A stretch of DNA of 64,000 nucleotides from Candidatus Omnitrophota bacterium (GCA_041649175.1 JBAZNR010000003.1:15449-79448); one strand, 5' to 3'. Positions 16,904-27,415 are shown, counted from the first letter of the stretch. Notes: generated by a model from the letters alone, not told the origin. Numbers and translations are program-made.

Positions 16904-17893
16904 ATGGCATTTGTTGACGAAGCAAGGATTTTTGTCAAAGCCGGCAATGGCGGTAAGGGGTGCGAAAGTTTTTATTCTGACAAGCGTACGCGCTATCCGC
17001 GTCCCGATGGAGGAGACGGCGGAAAAGGCGGTGATGTCATTTTTCTTGCTGACAAAAATATTCAAACACTTTTAGATTACCGGTTTAAGCAGCATTACGA
17101 AGGTGAGCGCGGCGGACACGGTTCCAGCAAACAGAAAAAAGGCAGAGATGGCCTTCATTGCTTGCTTAAAGTTCCTGTCGGAACGTTAATCCGTGATTTT
17201 GAGACCGGCTTATTGATAAAAGATTTGGCTTTGCCTGGCCAAAAAGTTATTGTGGCTAAGGGCGGTATTGGTGGGCGCGGCAATGACCACAAGCAAACGC
17301 CACTGCCTCCCAAAGAAGGTGAAGCGCGGACTATCAAGTTGGAGTTGAAATTAATTGCCGATGTTGGGATCGTCGGATTTCCGAATGTTGGCAAATCCAC
17401 TTTGATTTGCGCGGTTTCAAAGGTCAGATCAAAGATCGGCAACTATCCTTTTACGACAAAGCAGCCGATCTTAGGGATTGTTGAGGGCGATGAATTTAAT
17501 TTTATTCTCGCGGATTTGCCCGGGCTTATCGAAGGCGCGCATGAAGGCCGGGGATTAGGAGATAGATTTCTCAAGCATGCCGAGCGTACGAAAATACTTT
17601 TACATGTCATTGATATGGCCGGAACTGAAGGGCGCGACCCGGTTGAAGATTTTGAGAAGATCAATCACGAATTAGAGCAGTACAGCAGCAATCTTTTGGT
17701 TAAACATAAAATCATTGCGGCCAATAAGATGGATGTGCCCGCGGCCAAAGAAAACCTGAAACGCTTTAAGAAGAAATTTAAAGAAAAGGTTTTTCCCATC
17801 TCGGCCTTAGAACGCCAGGGCTTAGATAAGCTGATGGGCGTCATTAAGGATATTTTATGTCGAGAAAACTCTCCCGTAGAATCAAGCGCGTAA
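16904..17893 (+). CDS. obg: GTPase Obg/CgtA
   Basis: The Obg fold N-terminus (FVDEARIFVKAGNGGKGCESF...DGGDGGKGGDVIF) is followed by G1 GFPNVGKST and the G4 NKMD motif. Confidence 0.9.
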   Translation: MAFVDEARIFVKAGNGGKGCESFYSDKRTRYPRPDGGDGGKGGDVIFLADKNIQTLLDYRFKQHYEGERGGHGSSKQKKGRDGLHCLLKVPVGTLIRDFETGLLIKDLALPGQKVIVAKGGIGGRGNDHKQTPLPPKEGEARTIKLELKLIADVGIVGFPNVGKSTLICAVSKVRSKIGNYPFTTKQPILGIVEGDEFNFILADLPGLIEGAHEGRGLGDRFLKHAERTKILLHVIDMAGTEGRDPVEDFEKINHELEQYSSNLLVKHKIIAANKMDVPAAKENLKRFKKKFKEKVFPISALERQGLDKLMGVIKDILCRENSPVESSA

Positions 17894-18945
17894 TTGTTAA
17901 GATCGGTTCGAGCGTTATGGTGGATTATCAGCTCAAACCGCAAAGGGCCAGACTCTATTCATTGGTCAAACAAATAAGCCAATTGCGCAAACAAGGCATC
18001 GAAGTTATTTTAGTAAGCTCGGGTGCTATTGTTTTCGGGATGGGAGAACTGGGTTTAAGATCGCGCCCGTCGGATCTGGCACAGCTTCAGGCCAATGCGG
18101 CGGTAGGGCAAAATATTTTGATGCGTACCTACAGCGAGCTTTTTAAGAAAAATAATCTTAAATGTGCGCAAGTGTTATTAACTTGGGATGATTTTGCGGA
18201 CCGAACACGTTTTAATAATGCGCGCACAACGCTCCAGGCGATTTTAGATTATGGCGCTATTCCGGTCATTAACGAAAACGATACCATTTCAACTCAAGAA
18301 ATTAAATTCGGCGATAATGATCAGCTTTCGGCTCTAGTGGCCAGTATGATGCACGCTGATTTACTCATGATCCTTTCGGATGTGGAAGGGCTTTATGACT
18401 ATAAAAATGGCCGCAAAGAAGTTTTAAGTGAAATAAAAGAAATTACCAAAGAGGTCGAATCGATCGCCTCAGGAACAAATAAGAAACAAATTTCCAAAGG
18501 CGGAATGGTTACCAAGCTTGGAGCCATCAAGATCGCGACGCACGCCGATGTTCCGTGCGTGATCGCCAGCGGTGAAGCCGAAAATGTTTTATTGCGCATT
18601 ATTAAAGGCGAGCGCTTAGGAACTTTCTTTGCCGAGAAGGAAGAAAAACTTTTAGCCGCGAAACATTGGATCTCTTTTATCGCTAAGCCAAAAGGAACGA
18701 TCGTTATTGACGATGGTGCCCGCGAAGCCGTATTAACCGGCGGCAAAAGCCTTCTTTTACCTGGCGTAGTTGGCTGGGAAGGGCATTTCAAAGTTGATGA
18801 TGTGGTCATTGTTACCGGCAAAGATGACCAAGAGATTGCCAGAGGGCTTACGAATTATTCATTTTCTGATCTTCATAAAACCGAAGATAAAAAACAAAAA
18901 AAAGAAGTTATCCATCGCGATAACTTAGTTTTGTGTAAGAGGTAA
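17857..18945 (+). CDS. proB: Glutamate 5-kinase with C-terminal PUA domain
   Basis: RVIVKIGSSV, the amino-acid kinase fold and a PUA-like C-terminus support ProB. It overlaps obg by 37 nt. Confidence 0.85.
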   Translation: MSRKLSRRIKRVIVKIGSSVMVDYQLKPQRARLYSLVKQISQLRKQGIEVILVSSGAIVFGMGELGLRSRPSDLAQLQANAAVGQNILMRTYSELFKKNNLKCAQVLLTWDDFADRTRFNNARTTLQAILDYGAIPVINENDTISTQEIKFGDNDQLSALVASMMHADLLMILSDVEGLYDYKNGRKEVLSEIKEITKEVESIASGTNKKQISKGGMVTKLGAIKIATHADVPCVIASGEAENVLLRIIKGERLGTFFAEKEEKLLAAKHWISFIAKPKGTIVIDDGAREAVLTGGKSLLLPGVVGWEGHFKVDDVVIVTGKDDQEIARGLTNYSFSDLHKTEDKKQKKEVIHRDNLVLCKR

Positions 18946-18948
18946 GCA

Positions 18949-20208
18949 ATGGATCTAAAGCATAAAATTAGTACAATCGCTCAAACAGCTAAGTTGGCAG
19001 CGCAAGAATTATCGGCTGTATCTACCGAAAAAAAGAACCAGGCGCTCAAACTTATGGCTCGTTTTCTTATTGAGCAAAGCAGTTATTTGATCCGAGAAAA
19101 CCAAAAGGACTTAAAAGCGGCGCGAAATAAGAATTACAGTAAGGCATTGATACAGCGCCTAACCTTAACGCCTAAAGTTATCAAAGAAATGGCTGATTGT
19201 CTTTTGGCGACGGCAAAGCTAAAGGATCCGTCCGGAGAAATTCTTGCGATATATAAAAGGCCAAATGGCCTTTTGATTAAAAAGGTGCGTACACCTTTAG
19301 GCGTGATTGCGATCATTTACGAATCTCGTCCTAATGTGACCAGTGATTGTATTGGCCTTTGCTTAAAATCAGGCAATGCTGTTATTTTGCGAGGAGGCAA
19401 AGAAGCTATTTTCTCAAATCAGGCCGTTGTTCATGTTTTGCATAAGGCCTTAAAGAAAGCAGGAATTAGCTTAGGCGCTGTGAATTTTATTTCTTTGACC
19501 GATCACAAAGCCGTCGATATTCTTTTAGGGTTGGATCAATGGATCGATCTGGTTATTCCGCGCGGCGGCCAGCAGCTCATCGAATCTGTGATGGCAAAAT
19601 CAAAAATTCCTGTTATCAAGAATTATAAAGGAGTTTGTCATACGTATGTGAGCAGTAAAGCGGATCTTGCGCTGGCACGCAAGGTTTGTTTTAACGCGAA
19701 GGTTCAAAAGCCGGGTGTTTGTAACGCCATGGAAACACTTTTGGTGGATAAAAACATTGCCAAGAAATTTCTTCCTCAAATGATCGCTGATCTTCAAAAA
19801 GCCGGCGTTGAAATACGAGGCTGTTCTGCGACGAAGAAAATCATTAAACAAGGTATCAAAAAAGCCAGCGAACATGATTGGAGCGAAGAATATCTTGATC
19901 TTATCTTATCTGTAAAAATTGTCAGCGATCTGAATGAAGCCGTTGGGCACATTAACCGCTATGGCTCGCATCATTCGGATGCCATCATCACGCGGGATAG
20001 CAGGGAAGCTCAAGAATTCTTACGAGCAGTTGATTCGGCGTGCCTTTATGTGAATGCGTCGACGCGCTTTACAGACGGTTATCAGTTTGGCATGGGAGCG
20101 GAAATTGGGATCAGTACAGATAAACTGCACGCGCGCGGCCCCATGGCCCTAGAAGAATTAACGACGTATAAATATTTTGTTTTTGGTAAAGGTCAAGTAC
20201 GCACATGA
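18949..20208 (+). CDS. proA: Gamma-glutamyl phosphate reductase
   Basis: It belongs to the aldehyde dehydrogenase superfamily with ProA-type length and motifs (VIAIIYESRPNVT, catalytic Cys region GVCNAMETLLV). Confidence 0.85.
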   Translation: MDLKHKISTIAQTAKLAAQELSAVSTEKKNQALKLMARFLIEQSSYLIRENQKDLKAARNKNYSKALIQRLTLTPKVIKEMADCLLATAKLKDPSGEILAIYKRPNGLLIKKVRTPLGVIAIIYESRPNVTSDCIGLCLKSGNAVILRGGKEAIFSNQAVVHVLHKALKKAGISLGAVNFISLTDHKAVDILLGLDQWIDLVIPRGGQQLIESVMAKSKIPVIKNYKGVCHTYVSSKADLALARKVCFNAKVQKPGVCNAMETLLVDKNIAKKFLPQMIADLQKAGVEIRGCSATKKIIKQGIKKASEHDWSEEYLDLILSVKIVSDLNEAVGHINRYGSHHSDAIITRDSREAQEFLRAVDSACLYVNASTRFTDGYQFGMGAEIGISTDKLHARGPMALEELTTYKYFVFGKGQVRT

Positions 20209-20783
20209 GCCGTATCGGGGTTTTAGGCGGGACATTTAATCCGGTCCATATTGGCCACTTGATGATCGCGCAATGGGCTAAGGAAAAAATGCGGCTGGAT
20301 AAAGTTATTTTTGTCCCCGCCAATCTTCCGCCCCATAAAGATGTTAAGGAAGTTGTTTCTTCCAAAGATAGGTATAAAATGGTTCAGTTAGCTGTTGGGG
20401 GCAACTCTTCATTTTCGGTTTCAGATTTTGAAATCAAAAGGCAAGGGAAGTCCTATACGATTGATACAATGCGTTATTTTGACCGTTGTTATCCTAAGAA
20501 TACAAAATTGTTTTTTATTGTTGGCGGCGACATGACTTCCCAATTAAAAAATTGGCGCTATATTAAAGATATTTTAAAGATCGCCAGTTTTATCGTGGTC
20601 AACCGTCCCGGTCGCCACAGAAAGAATACCGAAATCAAGCATTCACCGGTTGTTATGCCGGCCATTGACATTTCTTCGTCGTATTTACGTCAACGTATCG
20701 CGCAAAAGAAAACAACAAAATATTTTATTCCGGACAAAGTCCGTCAGTATATTGATCAACATAAACTTTATCAAACTCAATAA
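20205..20783 (+). CDS. nadD: Nicotinate-nucleotide adenylyltransferase
   Basis: GVLGGTFNPVHIGH is the HxGH nucleotidyltransferase motif. The size fits NadD. Confidence 0.85.
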   Translation: MSRIGVLGGTFNPVHIGHLMIAQWAKEKMRLDKVIFVPANLPPHKDVKEVVSSKDRYKMVQLAVGGNSSFSVSDFEIKRQGKSYTIDTMRYFDRCYPKNTKLFFIVGGDMTSQLKNWRYIKDILKIASFIVVNRPGRHRKNTEIKHSPVVMPAIDISSSYLRQRIAQKKTTKYFIPDKVRQYIDQHKLYQTQ

Positions 20784-20803
20784 AATCTACGAGGAGCTAT
20801 TCT

Positions 20804-22318
20804 ATGAAAAAAGGGAAAGTTTCTAAGAAAAACATTAAGAAAGTTGCTAAAAAATTATCCCCGAAAGGTATAAAGGGAAAAGGGGCTATCGCTCAAATTC
20901 CGATCGGCGAAATTAAATTTGGTACCGACGGTTGGAGAGCGGTCATATCAGATACATTTACTTTTAAAAATGTGGCGATTGTGGCGCAAGCCATTGCCGA
21001 ATGGGTTAACCGTCATTTAAAAAAGAAAGACGGAATAGATAATAAACGTGTTGCTGTAGGTTTTGATACGCGGTTTTTATCCGATCGTTATGCGCAGACG
21101 GTGGCGTGCGTTTTAGCGGCTAACGGTATTGAAGTTTTTCTTTCCGATTCCGCTATTCCTACGCCGGCATTGAGTTTAGGCGTTATTCAGAATAAATGCG
21201 TCGCGGGAGTTATGATTACGGCTAGCCATAATCCCGGCCAATTTAACGGTATTAAGATCAAAACAGGCAATGGTGGCGCAGCGACAACTGATATTACTAA
21301 TCTATTAGAGGAATACCTCTATAAAACGGAAGTTAAAAAAGTTGACCTTGATCAAGCCAAGAAAGATAAAACGATCATCATCCATAACTTTAAGGTCAAT
21401 TACATTAACTTTTTGCGCGGTTATATCGATTTAAAGAAAATTAAGAATTCAAATTTCAAAGTTTTGGTGGACGCTATGCATGGCAGCGGCAATGGCCTGA
21501 TGAGGGAAATCTTAAAAGGCACCAAGATCCGCTTGTCGATCATGCGCGAAGACGTCAACCCTATTTTTGACGGAGGTAAACCGGAACCTGTTGTGGAATA
21601 TTTAGGCGGGATCATGAAGCGTGTCAAAGATGAGAAGTTTGACCTAGGGCTGGTTTTAGACGGCGACGCGGATAGAATTGCGGCGGTTGCCTCAGGCGGA
21701 GAATTTATTCATCCGCAAAAGATCCTTGGCTTGCTTATTTTACATTTAGCGAAAAACCGCGGGAAAACCGGTGGTGTCGTAAAAACGATTTGCGGGACCA
21801 TGATGATCGACAAGATCGCCCAGAAGCTAGGGCTCAAGCTTTATGAAACTCCCGTTGGATTTAAATATATTTCTGATCTGATGATCAGCGAGAATATCCT
21901 CGCCGGCGGTGAAGAAGCCGGCGGTATGGGTTTGCCGGATTATATCCCGGAACGAGACGGGACCCTTGCCGGACTTCTCTTATTAGAGATGATGGTTTAC
22001 TTAAAGAAAAATATTAAGAAAATTGCCCAGGAAATGGAAAAAGAGTTCGGCAAGTATACGTATGAGCGCTCAGACTTGAAATTAGGCAAGGAGCCGTTTG
22101 ATTTTGACCGGATGAAGAAAATAAAAAATCTTCTCGGGCGCCGCGTTGTTGACGTTAAGGATTTCGACGGTGTTAAGCTTGTTTGTGATGACGAAAGCTG
22201 GTTGATGTTCCGTCCTTCCGGGACAGAACCTTTAGTGCGAGCGTATTCAGAAGCTAAATCGGCATCACGGGCTCTTAAGTTGATAAAATTTGGCGAAGCG
22301 CTTTTAAAGAAAAAATAG
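20804..22318 (+). CDS. Phosphoglucomutase/phosphomannomutase family protein with Lys-rich N-terminal extension
   Basis: The active-site Ser loop TASHNPGQFNGIKI, the metal-binding loop DGDADR and the sugar-binding GEEAGG are all present. Confidence 0.85.
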   Translation: MKKGKVSKKNIKKVAKKLSPKGIKGKGAIAQIPIGEIKFGTDGWRAVISDTFTFKNVAIVAQAIAEWVNRHLKKKDGIDNKRVAVGFDTRFLSDRYAQTVACVLAANGIEVFLSDSAIPTPALSLGVIQNKCVAGVMITASHNPGQFNGIKIKTGNGGAATTDITNLLEEYLYKTEVKKVDLDQAKKDKTIIIHNFKVNYINFLRGYIDLKKIKNSNFKVLVDAMHGSGNGLMREILKGTKIRLSIMREDVNPIFDGGKPEPVVEYLGGIMKRVKDEKFDLGLVLDGDADRIAAVASGGEFIHPQKILGLLILHLAKNRGKTGGVVKTICGTMMIDKIAQKLGLKLYETPVGFKYISDLMISENILAGGEEAGGMGLPDYIPERDGTLAGLLLLEMMVYLKKNIKKIAQEMEKEFGKYTYERSDLKLGKEPFDFDRMKKIKNLLGRRVVDVKDFDGVKLVCDDESWLMFRPSGTEPLVRAYSEAKSASRALKLIKFGEALLKKK

Positions 22319-22321
22319 CCG

Positions 22322-22912
22322 ATGTTTTATAGCATTGCGCACATTATTTTTGCGATCATCAGCAAAATTTTCTTTCCGATCAAAGTAAGCGGCCTTGAAA
22401 ATATCCCTTCTCAGGGAAGTTTTATTTTTGCCAGTAATCATTTAAGCAATTTAGATCCGATGATCCTTGGACTGGCCAGCGGGCGGCGGCTAAACTACAT
22501 GGCTAAGCAGTCGCTTTTTGAAAATAAGTTTTTTGCCCGTGTTTTGAATTGGGTAGGAGCCTTTCCGGTCAAGCGCGAATCGATGGACATTGGCGCGGTC
22601 AAAGAAGCGATCGCGAGATTAAAGGCTGGCGGAGGTTTGGTTATATTTCCGGAGGGAACGCGCAAGGCACTGCAAAAAGCCGATGAAGTTTTGCCCGGCG
22701 TTGGTTTTCTGGCGGTTAAAAGCGGAGCTAAGGTTATTCCTGTTTTTATCAAGGGATCAGATGTTGTTCTTCCTCCGAGGGCGAAAGCCTTGAAACGCGC
22801 AGCTGTTGATGTTGTTTTCGGCAAGAGTGTTCATTATTCTTCCAAAGAACCCTACGAAAATATTGCCAGCCGCATCATGGAACAAATCCAAGAAATTTCT
22901 ACGGCAGTGTAA
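22322..22912 (+). CDS. plsC: 1-acyl-sn-glycerol-3-phosphate acyltransferase
   Basis: NHLSNLD (the HX4D motif) and FPEGTR are present. Confidence 0.8.
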   Translation: MFYSIAHIIFAIISKIFFPIKVSGLENIPSQGSFIFASNHLSNLDPMILGLASGRRLNYMAKQSLFENKFFARVLNWVGAFPVKRESMDIGAVKEAIARLKAGGGLVIFPEGTRKALQKADEVLPGVGFLAVKSGAKVIPVFIKGSDVVLPPRAKALKRAAVDVVFGKSVHYSSKEPYENIASRIMEQIQEISTAV

Positions 22913-22948
22913 GGTCGCCTTGTCGTTTCGTGGGTAAAAAAATTTTGA

Positions 22949-22977
22949 TTGACAAATCAAAGTTTATTGAGCATAAT
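22949..22977 (+). promoter_or_regulatory. Sigma70-type promoter for rpsA (TTGACA-N17-CATAAT)
   Basis: The -35 TTGACA is at 22949-22954 and the -10 CATAAT at 22972-22977. Confidence 0.5.
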
Positions 22978-23054
22978 TTAGTACTTTAAATTTCCCCGAA
23001 GAATGTTTTTTGGGTGAAGTTAAAGAATTGATGACGAAAAGGGGTATTTTTTAA

Positions 23055-24605
23055 ATGACACAAGATAGAAACGCAATCATGGAACAGATGTATTCGAGTA
23101 CTCTTAAGAACATTCGCGAGGGCGAAATTGTTAAGGGGAATATTATTCAGATCACCGAAAAGGAAGTTGTCGTTGATATCGGTTTCAAATCTGAAGGCTT
23201 TGTTCCCTTAGAGGAATTTCGCGATAGAAGCGAATTGACTTTAGGGCAAGAAATTGATGTTTTAATTGAGACCATTGAAGATGAAGACGGCCGCACGGTT
23301 CTTTCCCGCCAAAAAGTAGAGCGGATGCGCGGTTGGCAGAAAATTGCAAATGATATTCATGAAGGTGACTTGGTCGAAGGCCGCGTTGTTAAATTAGTGA
23401 AGGGCGGTTATATTGTTGATGTTGAAGGCGTAGACGCTTTCCTCCCAATGTCTTTATCATCGTTTAAAGGTGTCGCCAACGATGAGATCATGGCGAACAA
23501 ATATAAATTTCAAGTTGCTAAAATGAACGCGCAAAGGCGCAACCTTATTCTTTCGCGGCGCGATGTTGTTCAAAAAGAACGCGAAATGGCCAAGGCCAAG
23601 CTTTGGGATAAGCTCGAAAAAGGGCAAAGACGCGTTGGAACAGTTAAGGGGATCACAGATTTTGGTGCTTTTATTGATTTAGGCGGTGTGGACGGATTGC
23701 TTCATATTACCGATATGAGCTGGTCACGCGTTAATCATCCGTCGGAAGTTGTGGCTTTAGGTGATAAAATTGAAGTGCTTATTTTGGATTTCGATCGAGA
23801 AAACTCTAAAGTTTCCTTAGGGCTAAAACAGATCATCTCTAATCCTTGGACCGATATTGATGCGAAATATCCGATCAATTCTAAGGTGAAGGGGAAGATT
23901 GTCAACATTATGCCTTATGGTGTTTTTGTTGAAATTGAAAAGGGTATCGAAGGGCTTCTTCACTCCTCAGAGATTTCCTGGCAGAAGAAAATGGTCAATC
24001 CGCAAGAACTTTTTGCCATTGGCGATACCGTTGAAGTTCAAATTATCAATATTGATAAAGATTCTAAGAGAATTTCGCTCAGCACAAAGCAGCTTGAATC
24101 CAATCCTTGGTTAGAGGCGGAGAAGAAGTTTCCCGTTGGCGCAAAGACCGAAGGAAAGGTAAGGGGCTTTACGGATTATGGCGCGTTCATTGAACTGAGC
24201 GCTAATCTTGAAGGTATGATCCATGTTTCCGATATGTCCTGGACAAGACGGATCAATCATCCGCAAGAGATCTTAAAGAAGGGCCAGTCCGTTGAGGTTC
24301 AGGTTTTGGCTGTTGACGGAGAAAATCGCAAGATCACTTTAGGCCTTAAGCAGTTGTCGGCCAATCCTTGGGCCGAATTAGCGCAAAAATATCCCGTTGG
24401 TTTTGAATCTGACGCTGAGGTTGTTGCCAATTCAAATTTTGGCGTCTTTGTGAAATTAGATCAAGATGTCGAGGCTTTGATCTATTCATCCGAAATTGAC
24501 AAAACAATGGCAGCTGCCTTAAAAGCCGGTGATAAAGTTCGTGTAAAGATCATTAAAGTTGACGTCGAGCAGATGAAAATCGGCGTTAGCGCTAAGCTCT
24601 CCTAA
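23055..24605 (+). CDS. rpsA: 30S ribosomal protein S1 (multiple S1 domains)
   Basis: Five to six tandem S1 repeats are present (GxV.G.V..I..FGAFV.L. patterns). The size is 516 aa. Confidence 0.9.
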   Translation: MTQDRNAIMEQMYSSTLKNIREGEIVKGNIIQITEKEVVVDIGFKSEGFVPLEEFRDRSELTLGQEIDVLIETIEDEDGRTVLSRQKVERMRGWQKIANDIHEGDLVEGRVVKLVKGGYIVDVEGVDAFLPMSLSSFKGVANDEIMANKYKFQVAKMNAQRRNLILSRRDVVQKEREMAKAKLWDKLEKGQRRVGTVKGITDFGAFIDLGGVDGLLHITDMSWSRVNHPSEVVALGDKIEVLILDFDRENSKVSLGLKQIISNPWTDIDAKYPINSKVKGKIVNIMPYGVFVEIEKGIEGLLHSSEISWQKKMVNPQELFAIGDTVEVQIINIDKDSKRISLSTKQLESNPWLEAEKKFPVGAKTEGKVRGFTDYGAFIELSANLEGMIHVSDMSWTRRINHPQEILKKGQSVEVQVLAVDGENRKITLGLKQLSANPWAELAQKYPVGFESDAEVVANSNFGVFVKLDQDVEALIYSSEIDKTMAAALKAGDKVRVKIIKVDVEQMKIGVSAKLS

Positions 24606-24631
24606 AAATCTTACTTAAGTAAAATCTTGCT

Positions 24632-25798
24632 ATGTCCCAAGACGATCTTATCCGGAAGATATCTCGCGGAACAACGGAAATCATTAACGTCGAGGGCTTA
24701 GAAAAGAAACTTAAAGACAGCGCTCGAAATAAGAAATCCCTCTCTATTAAAGCTGGATTTGATCCTACCGCGCCCGATCTTCACCTCGGGCATGTTGTCC
24801 TCTTAAAGAAATTAAGACAGTTTCAAGAGCTTGGTCACACGGTTTTCTTTCTGATAGGGGATTTTACCGCTCAGATCGGAGATCCATCGGGTAAAGACCA
24901 GATGCGCCCTAAAATGAATGCGCGTCAGATCACGCAAAATGCCGCCACCTATCGAAAGCAAGTTTTTAAAGTCCTAGATGAGAAAAAAACAAAGGTTGTT
25001 TTTAATAGCCGCTGGCTATCCAAATTAAAAGCCCAAGATATCTTAGAATTAGCGGCTCGTTCAACGGTCGCTCAAATGCTTGCCCGCAATGATTTCAAAA
25101 ATCGATTTGACCAAAAAAAAGAGATCAGCATCTTAGAATTTATTTATCCGCTTTTGCAAGGTTACGATTCGGTTCATCTTAAATCGGACGTGGAATTAGG
25201 CGGATCAGACCAGAAGTTTAACCTTTTGATGGGCCGGCAATTACAAGAGTCGTTTAAGCAAGATCCTCAGGTCGTCATCATGACGCCGCTTCTCGAGGGA
25301 ACAGACGGTGTTAATAAGATGAGCAAATCACTGGGAAATTATATTGGTATTAACGAACCTGCCCAAGAGATGTTCGGAAAGTTAATGTCGATCAGCGATG
25401 AATTGATGTACCGCTATTATGAATTATTGACAGATTTTGATTTAAACATAGTAAAGACACTTCATCCTAAAGAAGCAAAATTAAAACTCGCCGGAAAAAT
25501 CGTTGAAGATTTTCATGGGGCAACTTGTGCCCGTGAAGCACATCGGCAGTTCGAGGAAACTTTTAGCAAGGGAAATGTTCCGGATGATATTAGTGAGTAT
25601 CGCTTAAAGCCAGATGGAAGCGAAACCGTTGCTGATATTTTAGTGCAAGCGAAGTTAGCCGCATCACGAAATGAAGTGCGCCGGCTTTTGCAGCAGGGAG
25701 CTATCCATCTGGACGGAGTTAAAATTACAGATGAACAAAGCAAGCCAAAGCAGGGAATTTTAAAAGTCGGCAAGCGCCGTTTCCTTAAGTTGACCTAA
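24632..25798 (+). CDS. tyrS: Tyrosine--tRNA ligase
   Basis: The HIGH motif (APDLHLGH), KMSKS, and a C-terminal S4-like domain are present. Confidence 0.9.
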   Translation: MSQDDLIRKISRGTTEIINVEGLEKKLKDSARNKKSLSIKAGFDPTAPDLHLGHVVLLKKLRQFQELGHTVFFLIGDFTAQIGDPSGKDQMRPKMNARQITQNAATYRKQVFKVLDEKKTKVVFNSRWLSKLKAQDILELAARSTVAQMLARNDFKNRFDQKKEISILEFIYPLLQGYDSVHLKSDVELGGSDQKFNLLMGRQLQESFKQDPQVVIMTPLLEGTDGVNKMSKSLGNYIGINEPAQEMFGKLMSISDELMYRYYELLTDFDLNIVKTLHPKEAKLKLAGKIVEDFHGATCAREAHRQFEETFSKGNVPDDISEYRLKPDGSETVADILVQAKLAASRNEVRRLLQQGAIHLDGVKITDEQSKPKQGILKVGKRRFLKLT

Positions 25799-25865
25799 GG
25801 CATCGTCGGTGACGTAACCGCAATATTTTCTAAGGATTTAATCTCAAAATAAAAGAAATAAAAAC

Positions 25866-25894
25866 TTGACAAAATAAACATCGGCAGTTATATT
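25866..25894 (+). promoter_or_regulatory. Sigma70-type promoter for the tRNA/rpmG/secE-led superoperon (TTGACA-N17-TATATT)
   Basis: The -35 is at 25866-25871 and the -10 at 25889-25894, about 15 nt upstream of the tRNA-Thr 5' end. Confidence 0.6.
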
Positions 25895-25909
25895 ATAGCA
25901 TTTCCTTAT

Positions 25910-25982
<73 letters not shown>

Positions 25983-26008
25983 TTAAAAAAGAATGACATT
26001 GGTTTAAA

Positions 26009-26161
26009 ATGCGCGAAAATATACAGTTTGAATGTACCGAATGCCGTCGGATAAATTATACGAGCACGAAAGACAAGAAAAAAACTCCAGATCGCTTGGA
26101 ATTGAAAAAGTATTGTCGTTTCTGCCGCAAGCACACAAATCATAAAGAATTAAAAAAATAA
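26009..26161 (+). CDS. rpmG: 50S ribosomal protein L33 (not in the ORF track, 50 aa)
   Basis: [50 protein letters not shown] is a Zn-ribbon L33 with two CxxC pairs. Confidence 0.85.
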   Translation: MRENIQFECTECRRINYTSTKDKKKTPDRLELKKYCRFCRKHTNHKELKK

Positions 26162-26178
26162 AATGAACGCATAAGGAT

Positions 26179-26252
26179 AGGCCTGTAGCTCTAATTGGTA
26201 GAGCGACGGTCTCCAAAACCGAAGGTTGCAGGTTCGAGTCCTGCCAGGCCTG
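26179..26252 (+). tRNA. tRNA-Trp (anticodon CCA)
   Basis: It folds as a cloverleaf with acceptor AGGCCUG/CAGGCCU. The anticodon loop is CUCCAAA and the T-arm is GCAGGUUCGAGUCCUGC. This is the canonical rpmG-tRNATrp-secE-nusG context. Confidence 0.85.
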
Positions 26253-26272
26253 TAGGTTTTTGCCCTCAAAAC

Positions 26273-26458
26273 ATGATTGGCAAAATAAAAAAATTCTTTT
26301 CTGAAGTTGTTGTCGAATTAAAAAAGGTTTCTTGGTCTACGCGCCAGGAAGTTCTAGACGCTACTTGGTTAATTTTAGCAAGCTCGGCGATTTTGGGCGT
26401 CTTTATCGCCAGCATTGATTTTCTCTTGGCGCGGTTTGTAGCGCTCTTTATCAGGTAA
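26273..26458 (+). CDS. secE: Preprotein translocase subunit SecE (start moved to the internal ATG; the ORF-track start would overlap tRNA-Trp)
   Basis: MIGKIKKFFSEVVVELKKVSWSTRQEV followed by a single TM helix matches SecE. The position before nusG supports it. Confidence 0.8.
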   Translation: MIGKIKKFFSEVVVELKKVSWSTRQEVLDATWLILASSAILGVFIASIDFLLARFVALFIR

Positions 26459-26463
26459 AGAAT

Positions 26464-26988
26464 ATGAAGTGGTACGTTGTCCATACGCAAACAGGTTCGG
26501 AAGAAAAAGTGAGGGCGGGTTTAGCCAGCAGGATAGCGACCACGGCGCTCAAGGAGTATGTCGGCGAGGTTGTTGTCCCGACCGAACAAGTTTCCGAAAT
26601 TCGAAGCGGTAAAAAACGTATCTCTGCAAGAAAATTCTTTCCGGGCTATATTCTGCTCAAGATGGAAATGAACAAAGAGAGTTGGTATCTGATCAAGAGC
26701 ACACCGGGAATTACCGGTTTTATCGGCTCGGGAAATAAGCCAACGGCTCTTTCCGATGACGAAGTTCAAAATATTTTAAAACGTACGCATGATACAGAAT
26801 CAAAGCCAAGCCCGAAAATCGTTTTTGAGATCAATGAGCCCGTGCGGATCGCTCAAGGCCCGTTCGCTAATTTTAACGGAACGGTCATTGAAGTTTATCC
26901 GGATCGGGGAAAATTAAAGGTCAGTGTTTCGATATTCGGACGGGCAACGCTCGTTGAATTAGAATACTGGCAAGTCGAGAAAATCTAA
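26464..26988 (+). CDS. nusG: Transcription termination/antitermination factor NusG
   Basis: [16 protein letters not shown] is the NGN domain. A C-terminal KOW follows ([13 protein letters not shown]). Confidence 0.9.
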   Translation: MKWYVVHTQTGSEEKVRAGLASRIATTALKEYVGEVVVPTEQVSEIRSGKKRISARKFFPGYILLKMEMNKESWYLIKSTPGITGFIGSGNKPTALSDDEVQNILKRTHDTESKPSPKIVFEINEPVRIAQGPFANFNGTVIEVYPDRGKLKVSVSIFGRATLVELEYWQVEKI

Positions 26989-26989
26989 A

Positions 26990-27415
26990 ATGGCTAAAGA
27001 AGCAGTCGCACAGATCAAGCTTTATGTTCCCGCCGGGCAAGCAAATCCGGCGCCGCCTGTCGGCCCCGCATTAGGCCAGCACGGCGTTAACATTATGATG
27101 TTTTGTAAGCAATTTAACGAAAAGACAAAAGGCCGTGAAGGATTGATCTTGCCGGCTGTTATTACGGTTTATAAAGATAAGTCATTTGATTTTATCATTA
27201 AAACACCGCCGACGTCGGTCCTTATCAAGCGTGCCGCGAACCTAGCCAAGGCTTCTGGAACCGCTGGAAAAGAAAAGATCGGATCGTTGACGGTTAAGCA
27301 GATCGAAGAGATCGCAAAGCAAAAAATAGAAGATTTAAACACGGGAAATATGCAACAGGCTATCCGCACTGTTAAGGGAACTGCCAGAAGCATGGGTATT
27401 GAGGTCAAAGAATAA
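26990..27415 (+). CDS. rplK: 50S ribosomal protein L11
   Basis: [22 protein letters not shown] is the L11 signature. Confidence 0.95.
   Translation: MAKEAVAQIKLYVPAGQANPAPPVGPALGQHGVNIMMFCKQFNEKTKGREGLILPAVITVYKDKSFDFIIKTPPTSVLIKRAANLAKASGTAGKEKIGSLTVKQIEEIAKQKIEDLNTGNMQQAIRTVKGTARSMGIEVKE

Noticed and set aside
16791-17075. 94-aa + strand ORF overlapping the obg start, checked as a possible displaced L27 (rpmA) between rplU and obg
   Set aside because: The translation shows no resemblance to L27 (no GGSSRNGRDS-type motif) and is out of frame within obg. L27 is simply not encoded here.
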